Shown here one piece after another: positions 1-11,811 of a DNA stretch of 64,000 nucleotides. Both the position numbers and the translations under genes were made by a program. The notes under the pieces were generated by a model that was not told the origin of the DNA, searched no databases, and saw only the letters and a program-made list of their open reading frames with translations. The DNA lies in assembly GCA_051294375.1 (NCBI GenBank), contig CM119271.1, forward strand, positions 2,122,677 through 2,186,676, in the 5' to 3' direction. Position 1 is the first letter of the stretch, and each line of letters begins with the position of its first letter. Source of the stretch: Paraspadella gotoi (lineage: Eukaryota > Animalia > Chaetognatha).

Positions 1-978
1 TTCCAACGTAGTACGAGTTCATATTACATCTTGAAGGGTATATTACCTTTCGCGAATAATGTCAAAGCTTGAGGCGGCGGAGGCGGCGTCGTCAGCCGAA
101 ACCCGCGGAGGAGCTCTCGCCTCCTCATCTTTTTCTTCTTCGGACTCCTCAACTACACCGATTTCAACGGCTTCGCCGACCGAACTCCTCGTCCACGCCA
201 ATTTGGCGCCTTGGGCGAGGACATTCAAGCGTGATTCAGCGACGTCCGCGGCGTCTCCTCCAACGACAAAGTCCTTGAGCGTCTCAAAGTCGACGAAGTG
301 ACGACGTTTTAAGTGCGGGAAGCTAGGATGGGCGAGAGGCTCATCGGGGGCGGTGAGTCGAGTGAATTGAGCGGCGGCGACGCGGCGGCAGAAGGGATTG
401 CGGATCCAACGGGAGAGGAGTCTGGATCAAAATCAAACATTTACCCAGCTGGTTTTACATAGATCAAGTCAGTAACATGTTTTACAGCATTTGAATTAAA
501 TATAATTTAATTCAACAATTTCATTTACATAAAGTAGTGTAGAGTAGTGTAGAGTTGACAAAAATTCAGGACCTGTGTCACTTCTTGGTATTAAATTGTA
601 AATTCACTGTTATCATTAGTATAATAATTGATAATAATTGGTTGGTTTGGGACACTTAGCAATATTGTTTAATACTAATTCGGTATTATTATAGGAACCA
701 TTCCTAGAACAATCCACACCTTACCACTTTTTTTGAAAACTACATCCAAAACCAAATCACATCCTCATTCCTCACCTGACGATGAATGCCTCTCGCGGTC
801 GCGAGTAATCGACGACACGCTCGGCCAAACTCTTCATCGTCTCCAGCTTCCTCTCCACCGCCTTCCTCCTCTCCGCCTCCTCCTCCGCTCTCTTCCTCTT
901 CTTCCTCGGGTGATCATTGACGCAGCGGAGGGAGGCGTCAACGACGCGGCGTTGCGCGCCCGCCGAGTGGAACGCCAT
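1..978 (-). CDS. Unidentified multi-exon protein; 3' end probably outside the window
   Basis: ATG at 978 (MAFHSAGAQRR..., basic PRKKRKR NLS-like patch), exon ends at a GTGAG donor near 776. A second GC-rich exon at about 422-47 is bounded by CAG and GTAAT. No family recognised. Confidence 0.55.
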
Positions 979-1504
979 CTTCCGGCGTCGAGGATGGTTG
1001 TTGGAGGAAAGGCGGGGGGGGGGTTGTTTATTAGTTTGTTTACATGATAAAGCCTGAAAAAACAAAGAATAAACGAATTTCATGAGATTCCGAAGGATAA
1101 AATCACAGTAATATTTTTTTTTATCACAGGTGTGAATAAATATCACATGTTTTAAGAGGTAGAATATGTTTTAAATCGCTAAAGATTAGTTTTCGAAATA
1201 AAATAAAATGGGAACGGGCCCATTTTAACGTTTCAATACAATTTAATACAAAAAGTATTTTGGCCACGAAAAAAAATTCAGCGGATGAAAACAGGAAAAT
1301 TCCGAATGAAAAAGAAAGGAAAATTCCATATCTAACAGTAAAAGAAAATAAAATACCCGACGCTCTAAAATCGCTAAAGGGCGACTTCCTTAAATCGTGT
1401 AACCAACTAAATGTATCTAAACAAACATAAAAAACACGACTGGCTGTAACTAAAGTACTTAAAAATAAAAAAAACGAACGCAGTTATCTTCTTTTCTCCC
1501 AACT

Positions 1505-3199
1505 TCAGTAAGGAATCTGGCGATAAAGCTGACAATCGCGACGAGTCTCCGTACGACAAGAGTAACTCCTGCAGTGCAAGCGATCGTCGCGAAACTGACC
1601 CGGACGAAGACTGAACGAGTGGCGGCGATTCGGTCCCCAGTGAGGATTAAGGATTTTCAAATTTCGCTTCCAGTCGACGGAATCCCGCTTGATCTGTTCG
1701 AAGCCGCGATCGCCGGAAACGATGGTAAAGTTGATCTCAGGGTGCAGGAGATGGTGGAGCAGGCCGATGCGGAGCACCTGCGCCGATTCGTGAGATCGTC
1801 GAATCATCGATTAATATTACTTAATTGTAACGATCGAATAATATTTAATATTACATAATTGTAACGATCGATATACCAGGGCAAAATCGGCGGCGTCCTT
1901 CTTGGTCCCAGCGATGGTTTCTTCGAAACGCTTCGTCCGAACCAAATCGTCGAAGAAACAGTTTCCCACCGGACGATACCAATCCGTCTTGGCGCCCCAA
2001 AATGCCCAAACGAAAGTCTTGCGAAAAACAAAATAATAAAACAATTAATATAAACTAAACAAAAGATTACGTTATAGACCAATAAAGAATACCGTCAACG
2101 GAAATGGAGCCTCCAGCCTCCCGAAGAAATTGACGTAATTGTCGAGATCGACAAAGACGACGTGATTGCATTCAGAGTTGATCCGCTGGACGACGACGTT
2201 GAAGTCGCTAAACTCGGTGGATTGCGACGTGCCGAGGGTGGCGGCGGGAGCCGTACGCGAGCGAGAGTGGCCGGCGCGGTGAGACGAAGATCGACTGACG
2301 ACAGATCGGACTCGTCCTCTTTTTTCGAAGAGAGGAGGAAGCTCGAATCGCGAACGTTTGCCTCGTAAAGGCGAGTTATCGTCGGGGCTTCTGCGGGAAA
2401 GAGATCAAGCTTAAATCTAAATTATTCAAGATTTATTATTCAAGACAAAATATTTTTTAATACTCCATAAAAATAACTCAAAATACCTGGCTCGCTTTCG
2501 AGAGAAGCTAGACTTGTTTTCCCTTTGCGGCGTGGATGTAAAGATGCGTCGATCTCCGGTTAAACCGATGCAAATGCGGGCAGGCGTTTTAGAAACGGCG
2601 GTGGTAGAAGCGGCAGGGAATTTATCCACACGATTGGTCTCGCTAGACTTGTACACCGGATCAAAAGCTTTCTTCTTAGATTCAGAGCCTTCGTTTTCCT
2701 TCTTGTTATCAGCTTCCCAAGACTTTTCCAGCTTTTCTTTCGCTCGTTGGCGCAGCAGCACCTGTCGAGCGTCTTCCGCATCCGAAGTCGTCGAGGAAGA
2801 ATCATCGAGGATAATCGTATCCCCGCTGTTGTTGTTGTTAGACGGATCGCCGTCAACTTCGATGTCTTCGTCCGAGACATTCACGATGCTCTGCGACCGC
2901 GAACGCCTCTTGGAGTCGAATTGATCGAAGCTGCGATCCAGGGCGTTGACCAACTCCTTCATCTCCCGCGTCTCGCTCTTCAAGGACTTGCGGCGTTTGG
3001 GAGGAGGCGACGGAAGGACGACTGAGGAACGAGCTGCCGAATCTCGATGCGCGCTGAGATTGAGGAGAGTTTTATCGAAGGAATTTTTGAGCAGGACGTC
3101 GTAGAAGGATTCGTTGTGGAAAACGTCGTCGTCGTCGTCGTCGCAACATTGGCCTTCCTCGAAGGTGGAGTCGGCGACGATGGCGGAAACTTCGAGCAT
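1505..3199 (-). CDS. Protein with a low-complexity N-terminus and a C-terminal ZNF451-type PIN-like domain
   Basis: Spliced exons give VFVDLDN...VWAFWG...GTKKDAADFAL...FTIVSGDRGFEQI...ILNPH, matching the PIN-like C-terminus of ZNF451 as I recall it. No C2H2 fingers are visible. Confidence 0.75.
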
Positions 3200-3565
3200 C
3201 TTCGTTGGAAATTGCGACGCGTGGACTGAGAGTTGATTTGTTGGTCAGTCGGGTTTGAAAAGTCGACCTCAGGATTCGGAGGCAAATTCCGCGAGGATCG
3301 AGATTATTAGTATTGGATAATTGCTCTTAAGAAATAATAGGAAAAATTAAATACAAATCAATAACCGTTATCGTTAACAAATATCAAATAAATAAATCGC
3401 CAAAAAGCGGTATTACATAATCATTTTTCAATATCCACCCAAAGTTATAACAAGTGATGAAAAATATTAACGATCAACAAAACAACATCGAGTCGATACA
3501 TTACAAACTTCGTCAAACAAAAAGAGAATCGACCAACGATGAAATGGCGCAACAAAAGGGACAAT

Positions 3566-5392
3566 TTATTTTTTTTTAAATGGAAAAACGCGACAATAGT
3601 CGGAAATTCGAAATCCATCAAACATCTCAAAACATAACTGGACGAGCCGATCGAAAACGAGCAGACTTGCGGCGGCATCGGTAGCGGCATAGATGAGTTG
3701 GCGCTCAGACAAAATACGACGACTCCAGTCCGAAGTGCGGAGAGCAAAGTCTTTGGAAATGGTCAACCCTATGAGCCAATGCGACCGTTATAGCATAAAA
3801 ACCATTGCTTTTTCGCTTAAAAAAATACAAGCAAGAAAGTTTAATTGCCTGGATAAAGAATTTCAAAGAGTCCCCTCAGTCCCCACGAGCCGCCCGTCTT
3901 GCTCCGACTTCCGAAGACGAGGGACGCGAGATGATCGAGTTCGAGAAAGACGAGGGAATTAGAGGACGACTCGAGCAAGCTGAATTCCATCGTTGCAAAA
4001 AAATTAAACAGTGATTGTGCCAAGACATGAAAATTAAACAATGAATTAAAAATGATTGTGCCAAGACAAGAAAATTAACCCATTATCGCCGAGCGAATGA
4101 TGCGATGAAAGAGGGACAAAAGAAAGGCTGAAAGAAGAAGCAATTAACTTGAGGTCTTCTTCGATGTTGATTCCGACCAGGACGAATCTGCGATAAAAAC
4201 GACATTAGGTAATAATGTTGGACATAAACTCATCAATAATACTAATAAATGACTTAATAACTCCATCCCTAAACAAAGCACGCACCCAGCTAAAAGCTTC
4301 AATAGACTCTCGGGGAAGCATCCACGCTCATCAAATATTCTCCAGATTGGGACGACGACGATACGATCGAGGGAAAGACATATCTGCATGACGGCGACGC
4401 CGTGTTGGTTGGGAGAAGAGAGACGCCACTCCGTGTCGAACCCGACAAAAAGGTGGGACGAAGAGTTAAGGGCGGAGGTCTGGAGCTCTTCGCATAGGCT
4501 GCGGAGGAATGATTCGAAAATGTGCAACGAGCAGGACCTAATTACGAACGGGATTCAGTTCTGGCCCTCCGAAACTCACACGATAAGGTCTTTATCATTA
4601 TCTACGATACGAACGCATTCAATTGGGAATTTCCACGGCCGAGGCCGACCCTGGACCTTAGCGGAACTGTTAAGGGACGGCAATACGGAAAAAGGAGGGG
4701 AGGAAACCCACGAACTGTCAAAGAGGTTCGACCACGCGGAATATTTTAAAGGATACGATTTGGGGGTGACAAGCGTTCGAGCGGATTTCCGATGGCTGAA
4801 AAAAGATAACTTATTAATTAATTATTGAAAGAATGTTTACAATTATAAAAAACTATTTCCGATCGAACCTTTTGGATTTCATGTGGTCGTCACCCCCTGC
4901 ACGAACCCAACGGTCGCAAACGTAGCAAAAATATGACGGCGCTTCCGAGAAACCCGACGCCGTAGGCAGCGGAGCGCGCGGATCAAATTTCAGCCTGAAA
5001 GTAGGTTCATCTCCGTCCCAGTATTCGTCTGACGAGATGGGAACGGGTTCGTCGCTGACTACGGGAAAAGTGGTCGCTTCCGAAACGTTTTCCTCTTCGA
5101 CATTTTTCAAAAAATGATCACCAACCCCAGACTTCTTTTCCCAACTTCGTCGATCGAGGGACGAAGTATTTTCGGCCCATTCCATGAAGGTGAAGCCGTC
5201 GGTAAAGCCTTTCAGATGGAGAGTGAGACGCCCGAGTTTGGCGGAATCCTTTAAATTATTAAAAATAGGGATGGAATCGATCGAAAAATCTTTGGTTCCG
5301 TGTAAATGAATCGGCGAAAAATCAAAATCGAATTCGTCGTGCATCGAGCGATAAAGATCCGTATATTTCTTTGCCCGAACAAGATGGCCCAT
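3566..5392 (-). CDS. WRN-like DEDDy 3'-5' exonuclease with an N-terminal U1/matrin-like zinc finger
   Basis: ExoI VGFDTEW, ExoII VGINIEED, ExoIII SDWS...QLIYAATDA. CYVC-x10-H-x5-H is formed across the intron at about 4869-4796. No helicase domain. Confidence 0.85.
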
Positions 5393-5514
5393 TTTTCCCG
5401 GGCATCACGGACCCATTCGAGTTTATAGGCTTCTTTGTTATAATAAGGAAAAATAACTTCGCGAAAAAATTAAAGTCGAGAAAAAATTTTAAAAGAAAAA
5501 CGAAAAAATTCACT

Positions 5515-8216
5515 TCATTTCTTTTTAGTCTTTGTCTCTTCCTTAAACTTGGCCACCTCCTCGTCGACGACCCGCTTGAGAATCACGGGATCGACCCTCT
5601 TCCTTGACGCCTCCATGACTCCGGCGAGAACCTTCATCGCCGCCCGCGAGTTCTTCTTGGGATTGTCCTTGGCCAGTTCTTTGCGGGCTGCGGCGTCGGC
5701 GGAGAGGGATGCGACGACGAGGGAACGAATTTCCGCCTCGTCACTGATCATTCTTAAGTCGATATCGTCGACGAGGTAATTTGCGGAGGAGGAGGCGCTG
5801 TCCGGAGAGAGGTAGGCATCGAGCACAGCGTCGATAAGGACGGGAGAAAGACGACCCTCTTCCAACAGGACGGTCAACTCGGCAATGAAGACCGGGGTTA
5901 GGCCGAGGCTCTCGATCGTGGGCGAGTCGGAGGAAGGGGCGTCTTTTTCTCGTCTTTCTAAGAGAGCAGAAACGTTTCGGAGGAGAATGTCGGCCGCTCG
6001 TTGGGTAACTAAACACCCCAACCAAAAAAAAAAAAACGATTATAAAACAACGCAAACAGAAACGATTTTAGTAAAAAGCAAAAAGAAACGATTCCTTACC
6101 AGACAGGGATTGAGAAGGGAAAAGAAATCGCCAGTATTGAGCGTGATTAGGCGGGCAGGGTTTCGGCGACGGAGGAATGGAAACTCTCGTTCTCGTTGGA
6201 GCCGACATTCGCTCGGGACAAATTTCTATTTTAAAAATGAGAGAGGAAAGGACAAGTGAGCAAGTAAATTTGAAACAAAATTTTAAGTTCTAATTCTTTG
6301 AAGTAAACAAGCCGAAACATGTCCAACTATTAATTAAAAATCGTTGTTAAAAATTCAAAATTCTTTGCTTTCTCTAAGTTCTAATTCGTAATTTTTAGAA
6401 CCGTCTGTTGACTCACTTTCCAAATGCTCGGCGACCCTCTCGAAAAACTCGGCCATCTCTTCGACAAAGAGAGAGGCGCTCTGCCTCCTCGTCAGTCTCC
6501 ACGTTTCCTCGAGACGGCGTCGAAAGTTCTTGGGCGATTCCGGCATCCGGGAGGCGAGATCGTCGACGTTGACGGCACCGGGGATGGGTCGGGCGGAGCT
6601 TGACAATCTGGGAAGGAGTGGCCAGAAATAAGTAATGGTAAAGGTAAATATTCATTCTGATATCATTTAGCCAAATAGCATCAAGTCGCCCAAACTAATA
6701 AACCGATAATTTAAGGCGCAACGCACCTCAGCGGCGGCAGGTTGGGCTCCGGCAAAAAGCGATAATCAGTGACGACTTCCTTGTCGCGCATGGAAACTGT
6801 TTTGCCGGAATCCGCGTCGAAGCCGAGCGTCTCGTTGTCCACCTGGCCTCCCGAAGAGACGAGCGTTTTCTGCCGATCGATCTCGTAATCGATGGCTGCG
6901 GAAAAAATTAGAAATTTACAAGGTTATATGTATGATTTTATTTAATTTACGGTTCGTTATTACTAGTTTGAATTTTTTTCCCTCCACTAACCGCGCCTCG
7001 CCGACTTTAAACTGTTCAAATTCTTGATCTCCGTCCTGACGCCCAACGGTTCCCCGGGTCTGTGGACCGAGACGTTGGCGTCGATGCGAAAGTGGCCGCG
7101 GCTCATGTTACCCACGCAAACGCCGAGGGAAAGGAGAAGGAGGCGGAGCTCAGCGGCGAAGGAGGTCGCCTCCAAAGAATCTGGGCAAGAGGGACAAATG
7201 AGACAATTGAGACTTACTCAAGTTTCGTTCAAGATCGAATTCGAAAACAATTTCCAGTTTTCCTTCCCCCCCCCCCTATAAAATAAATCAAAAAATGAGT
7301 TTCCATTTAAATCGAACTGACCATTGAAATCGGGAGCAGTAACTATTTCCAATAATCCTTGTCCGGCGCGATTGAGATCGATGAGCGAGACACCGTTCGC
7401 CGCGTCGTGGATGCTCTTGCCCGAATCCTTTGGGTTTTCGATGAAACTCCATTCAAATTAATACTTATTTCCTTTCCCTCTTTCATCAGTTAACCTGTTC
7501 AATCTGAATCTGCAAAATTCTCGCCCGGCGTTCCACGGTCTCCTCTTCCTCTTCTCCTTCCTCTCCACGACGCGTCAAGGGATAATCGAGCGATCCGTCG
7601 CGGGCGATGGGATCGAAGTGTTGAGTGATTTGGTATCCGGCCGGCATATCCGCGTAAAAGTAGTGCTTGCGATCGAACGTCGAAACGGGGCTACGGGGTT
7701 TAAGAAGACGACTTATAATTCTTCAAGTCTATTTTCTTTATGACTAACCAAGTCCCAATGACCAAAGCAACTTACTTGATCCTACAATCCAGCGCTAACG
7801 CGGCCAGAACGGCGGCCTCGACGCAGCGCCGGTTGATCACCGGCAGCGTACCCGGTATAGCGGCGTCTAAAGGTGCCACGCACGAGTTGACGCGACCGGC
7901 GAACGTTGCTTCCGCCCCTGCGATTAATCCACGACGATGGGGGGAGAGAGGAGGGGGAACTACTTAAAATTGAGAGCGACGTTTGCACTACACGTCAGGT
8001 GACCGCAGTACCGGAGAAGAGTTTGGACTTGGCAGCGATCTGGGCGTGAATCTCCAAACCGACGACGGCGTGCAACGAAGCGGCGACAGCGGAGGGAGAA
8101 GGGGCGCGGTCGTTTTTCGCGACGGCGGCGACGGTGGCGAGACGACGCGTCGTTAAGGCGGATTTCGTCCAACGCCACCGGCAATAAGTTAATTCAAGCA
8201 GAGGAAAATGCTTCAT
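5515..8216 (-). CDS. GATB: Mitochondrial glutamyl-tRNA(Gln) amidotransferase subunit B (PET112)
   Basis: VVGLEIHAQ...[48 protein letters not shown]...[11 protein letters not shown] and a C-terminal Yqey-like region; Arg-rich presequence; multi-exon. Confidence 0.96.
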
Positions 8217-8573
8217 AGTTTAGATATTTATTAATTCTTTATATTATTTCTGGTAAAGAGAGACTTTGGTTACAAAAAAAAAACCGCGTACTACCATTCG
8301 GAATACTATGACTGGATAACAATTAGCTCGGAGTAGATCGAGTTTTATTTTCAAAATTATGAAAAAAAAAGTTTAAGGCAATAAGTACAAGAGTATTACC
8401 TTCAGGAATCGAATAAATAATAATCTCACGGTAGTTAGTATTTGTATTATTCTCGAATCATTTTCTAGGAGAGAGAGACCTATCTACCACGAAAAAAAAG
8501 CACGGCTCTTCATTAAATCTTCTTCTGTTAAGTCACACAGGGAATAAAAAACTCCCAAAGGCCTTATTATTGA

Positions 8574-11500
8574 CTATTGACTAATGTTATTATTGCTCAA
8601 GAGTAATTTCAAGTCTTCGATCTTAGCGGCGTCCATGGTCAGTTCGCGAGCGGCGCCGGCGGCGTTCTCCGACCCAAAGTCCCCATTTTCTCGGCGCGCT
8701 TCCGATTCCAAATCGGCAATCTTTCCCTTTAACTGCTTAACCGTCGATGCATACTGATCAAGCGTAGCCTGCGCCGCCTGAAGCTGCTCCAAGAGCGCAA
8801 AATTTTGCTGCTTCAGTTTCCGGTTGGCTTGCTCCAATTCGGTCATCCTCGCAGCGGCGTCGTCCGAGCCGCCCGATCGGAAGGTGAAGGACTTGGCGGC
8901 ACAGGTGCTGCCGCCAGGAGTGATGGCCAGTTCGTCCTGAAAGATGTGGTACTCGATCTGGTAAGCGTTGAGGTTCTTGGAGCTGTCCTCTTCGAGCTCG
9001 AATGCCTCGGCGATGACTCTCTCCATCTGTACCGAAGAAAGAGCAGGCAGGGTGTTCTTGAGGAACTCGACGAGAGACTCAAAGGAGTCGCATTCAAGGA
9101 TAAGAGGCAAGTGTTGACCCAAGAGGGCCACCGAGACTTTGAAGACGGCCTGAACGCCCTCGAGGAAGACCATGTCGAATACGCGGGCGACAAAGCCTGG
9201 ATAAGATATTTAAATAAGTTTCTCCCAAAAACAAATAATATAAAAACCCCAATTTAATAATCATTAGGTTAACAATAATTACTTACCAAGAGGAAACTGC
9301 GATGCGAAGAGCGTTAAAAACCACGAAGCGGCAAAGAGGGTCGGCGACATCTCGAACGAGTCCAGTTTCTTCGACAGCTTCGGGTAATGATCGTGAATAA
9401 GTCGCGACAGCTGGTACATCTGCACCTGAAGGGCGGTCATCTCGGGGCAATACTGGTGCCGGAGACCCCTCGTCAGTAGGAGGTGCTTCATGGCTTCGAA
9501 GGCGTCGACCTCGTCCAGGTGCATGAGGAGAACCCCGGCGACGAAGCTCAGCCCCTGGCAATAGCCCACGCTGGGGTCGATCAGACTGTAAGCCTTGAGC
9601 AGGTTGAACAGGGACAACTGACCCTGACCGAGCTGTTTGGAAAAGTAAGGGTGGCTGGGGAAGGTCCGGGAGAGGTCGATGAGAATGGCGTGCTGGTGGA
9701 TGGTGAGGAGCTTAAGTAGTTCGTCGAAAGGTCGGTCTGCGTCAACGGATGACTCCGCCTCCGCGGACCCCACATAACTCAGCGACGTGTCCTGTCGCAT
9801 CAGCAGCTTCCAAATGGCGCCGCGTTTGGCGCGAGGAACTCCGCGGCGAACCAGGTCGCGCAAGCGGGACCGTGGCAGCGTAGAGGAACATGGGGCGGCG
9901 TGAAGAGCCTGATCCCACTCGGCCGAGACCTGCTTCAGGCAAGGGGTCAGCTCCTCGTACACCAGCCGCTCTCTCTTCAGCACCGCCTTGTCTTGCGACA
10001 CGGCCAATTGAGAATTCTGCCGCTCCATTTTGTTCAAGAGGATTTGCTGCGTTATCGCGGAACGCCAGAGATCCCGCAACTCGGCCGAGCTTCGCTTTCT
10101 ACCCTCGACGGGGTGGGGCGTTCCGGAGGACGGGGACGTCGGAGAGGTCACCCACGTAAGGGCTTCCACGTTGGCCGAGGGCCGGCGGGAAGAAGGGCCC
10201 GCGGTGGGGTCGACGCAAAGAGAGGCTGGCATGATTTCGTAACTTCCGCGACGCGGGTCCATGCTGCCGTGTCTGGGGTCGAGGCTGGCCCGACGAGGAT
10301 CGAGACTGCCTCGGCGCGACTCGGCGTCGCTTTCCTTCTTTCCCGGCGTGACCACGTGACGGTAGAGGGACTGACGCCACGACTTGTTGCGACGAAATTG
10401 AGATGGCGGAGAGTCGTCGAGGAAGACGCTGGTGTCCGTCACTTCAGAGTCGATGGAGGATTTGCGGCTGCTGGTGCCTAAATTAGTCCATCGATAAAAT
10501 TATTGTAAATTATAATCTAAATATAAATATAAATTATAATCTAAAATATAATCCAAATAGATTAGTATAAACAAACTCACCAACGCTGAGGACCTCGTCA
10601 TGCCCGGATCCTGGATGCCCGATCCTCGTGAACATTTTCTTTTTCGGACTCAGCACGAACTCCAAATGCGAATCCACCTCGCAACTTTTTGCGGCCAGAC
10701 TTGCCTCTTCTTCTTCCTCCAGTCGGCGTCGAGCGGCCGCCGCCTCCTCCTCTTCCTTCTTCCGGCGCAAGGCCGGAAGTTGACCGAGGGTTTTGGACCT
10801 AGGGCGCGATTTAGGGCTGGCGGCGGATCGAGAGGGAGGCGGCAGGCCGGGATCTTTCGCTCGTTTGCCCGACGGAGACGCCGGGCGGGCAAAGGCGGCG
10901 GCGTCCTCGCCGGCGGAGGAAGCGGCGAACGCGTCCGTCATCGAATGCAGCATTTGAACAGAGGGCCGGCGATCGCCGATGCCGCCGCCTCCGCTACCGC
11001 TATCCTCGTCTACCTCGCCGCCCTTGACGAGCTGTTCGAAGGTGGCGAGCAAGGATTTCTTTGCCGTCTTCTTGAAAAAGTGGGAGACCTTGTCGGCGGC
11101 CGAGACTTTGCGCGGCGGAGCGTCGAGGATAAAGTCCGCGTCGCTAACGCCGTCTCTGGAGGAAGACGGGCCGTTGGCACCGCTCGTGCCTTCGCGGCGG
11201 TCGGCAATGTGAATGTGGTTCTGCTGTTTTTGCTGACAAAAGTGACGCAGAACAGACATCAGCACTTCGAGATGGTCCTGGGGGTCATTGGGCTTTGGCG
11301 ACTCCATCTGAAATTACGACTCATTGTTTAAATATAATAACTAATATATTTTAGTAACAAATAATATATACACTAAAATAATAAAACATTAATACGGTTA
11401 ACAGAGTAGTCTCTCTAACCTTATAGCGCCGCACTATGAGTTCGACGTCTTCCTCGTCCTGAGCTTCGATCCTCTGCACCAAGACGCCGATCGCCTTCTC

Positions 11501-11767
11501 CGCCTCCACGCCCTCGATCTCGCGGCAAAGGCGGTGGAGCTGGTGCATGGGGCAGAGTTCGCAGGTGACGGAGCGGGCCTGGGTCCGCTGGGCGTGAAGA
11601 GCCGAAAAGGCCTGATGCAGCTTGAGCATGATCTCGTTGACGACGGATTCGGAGGCGCCCTTGAAGACGTAGACGTAGTAGTCGCGCTTGACGGAGGTCG
11701 ACGTGGATGTGGAGGTAGAGAGGACCGTCTCGCGCCAGATGAAACCGAAATGGTCCACGGCCTGAAA

Positions 11768-11811
<44 letters not shown>

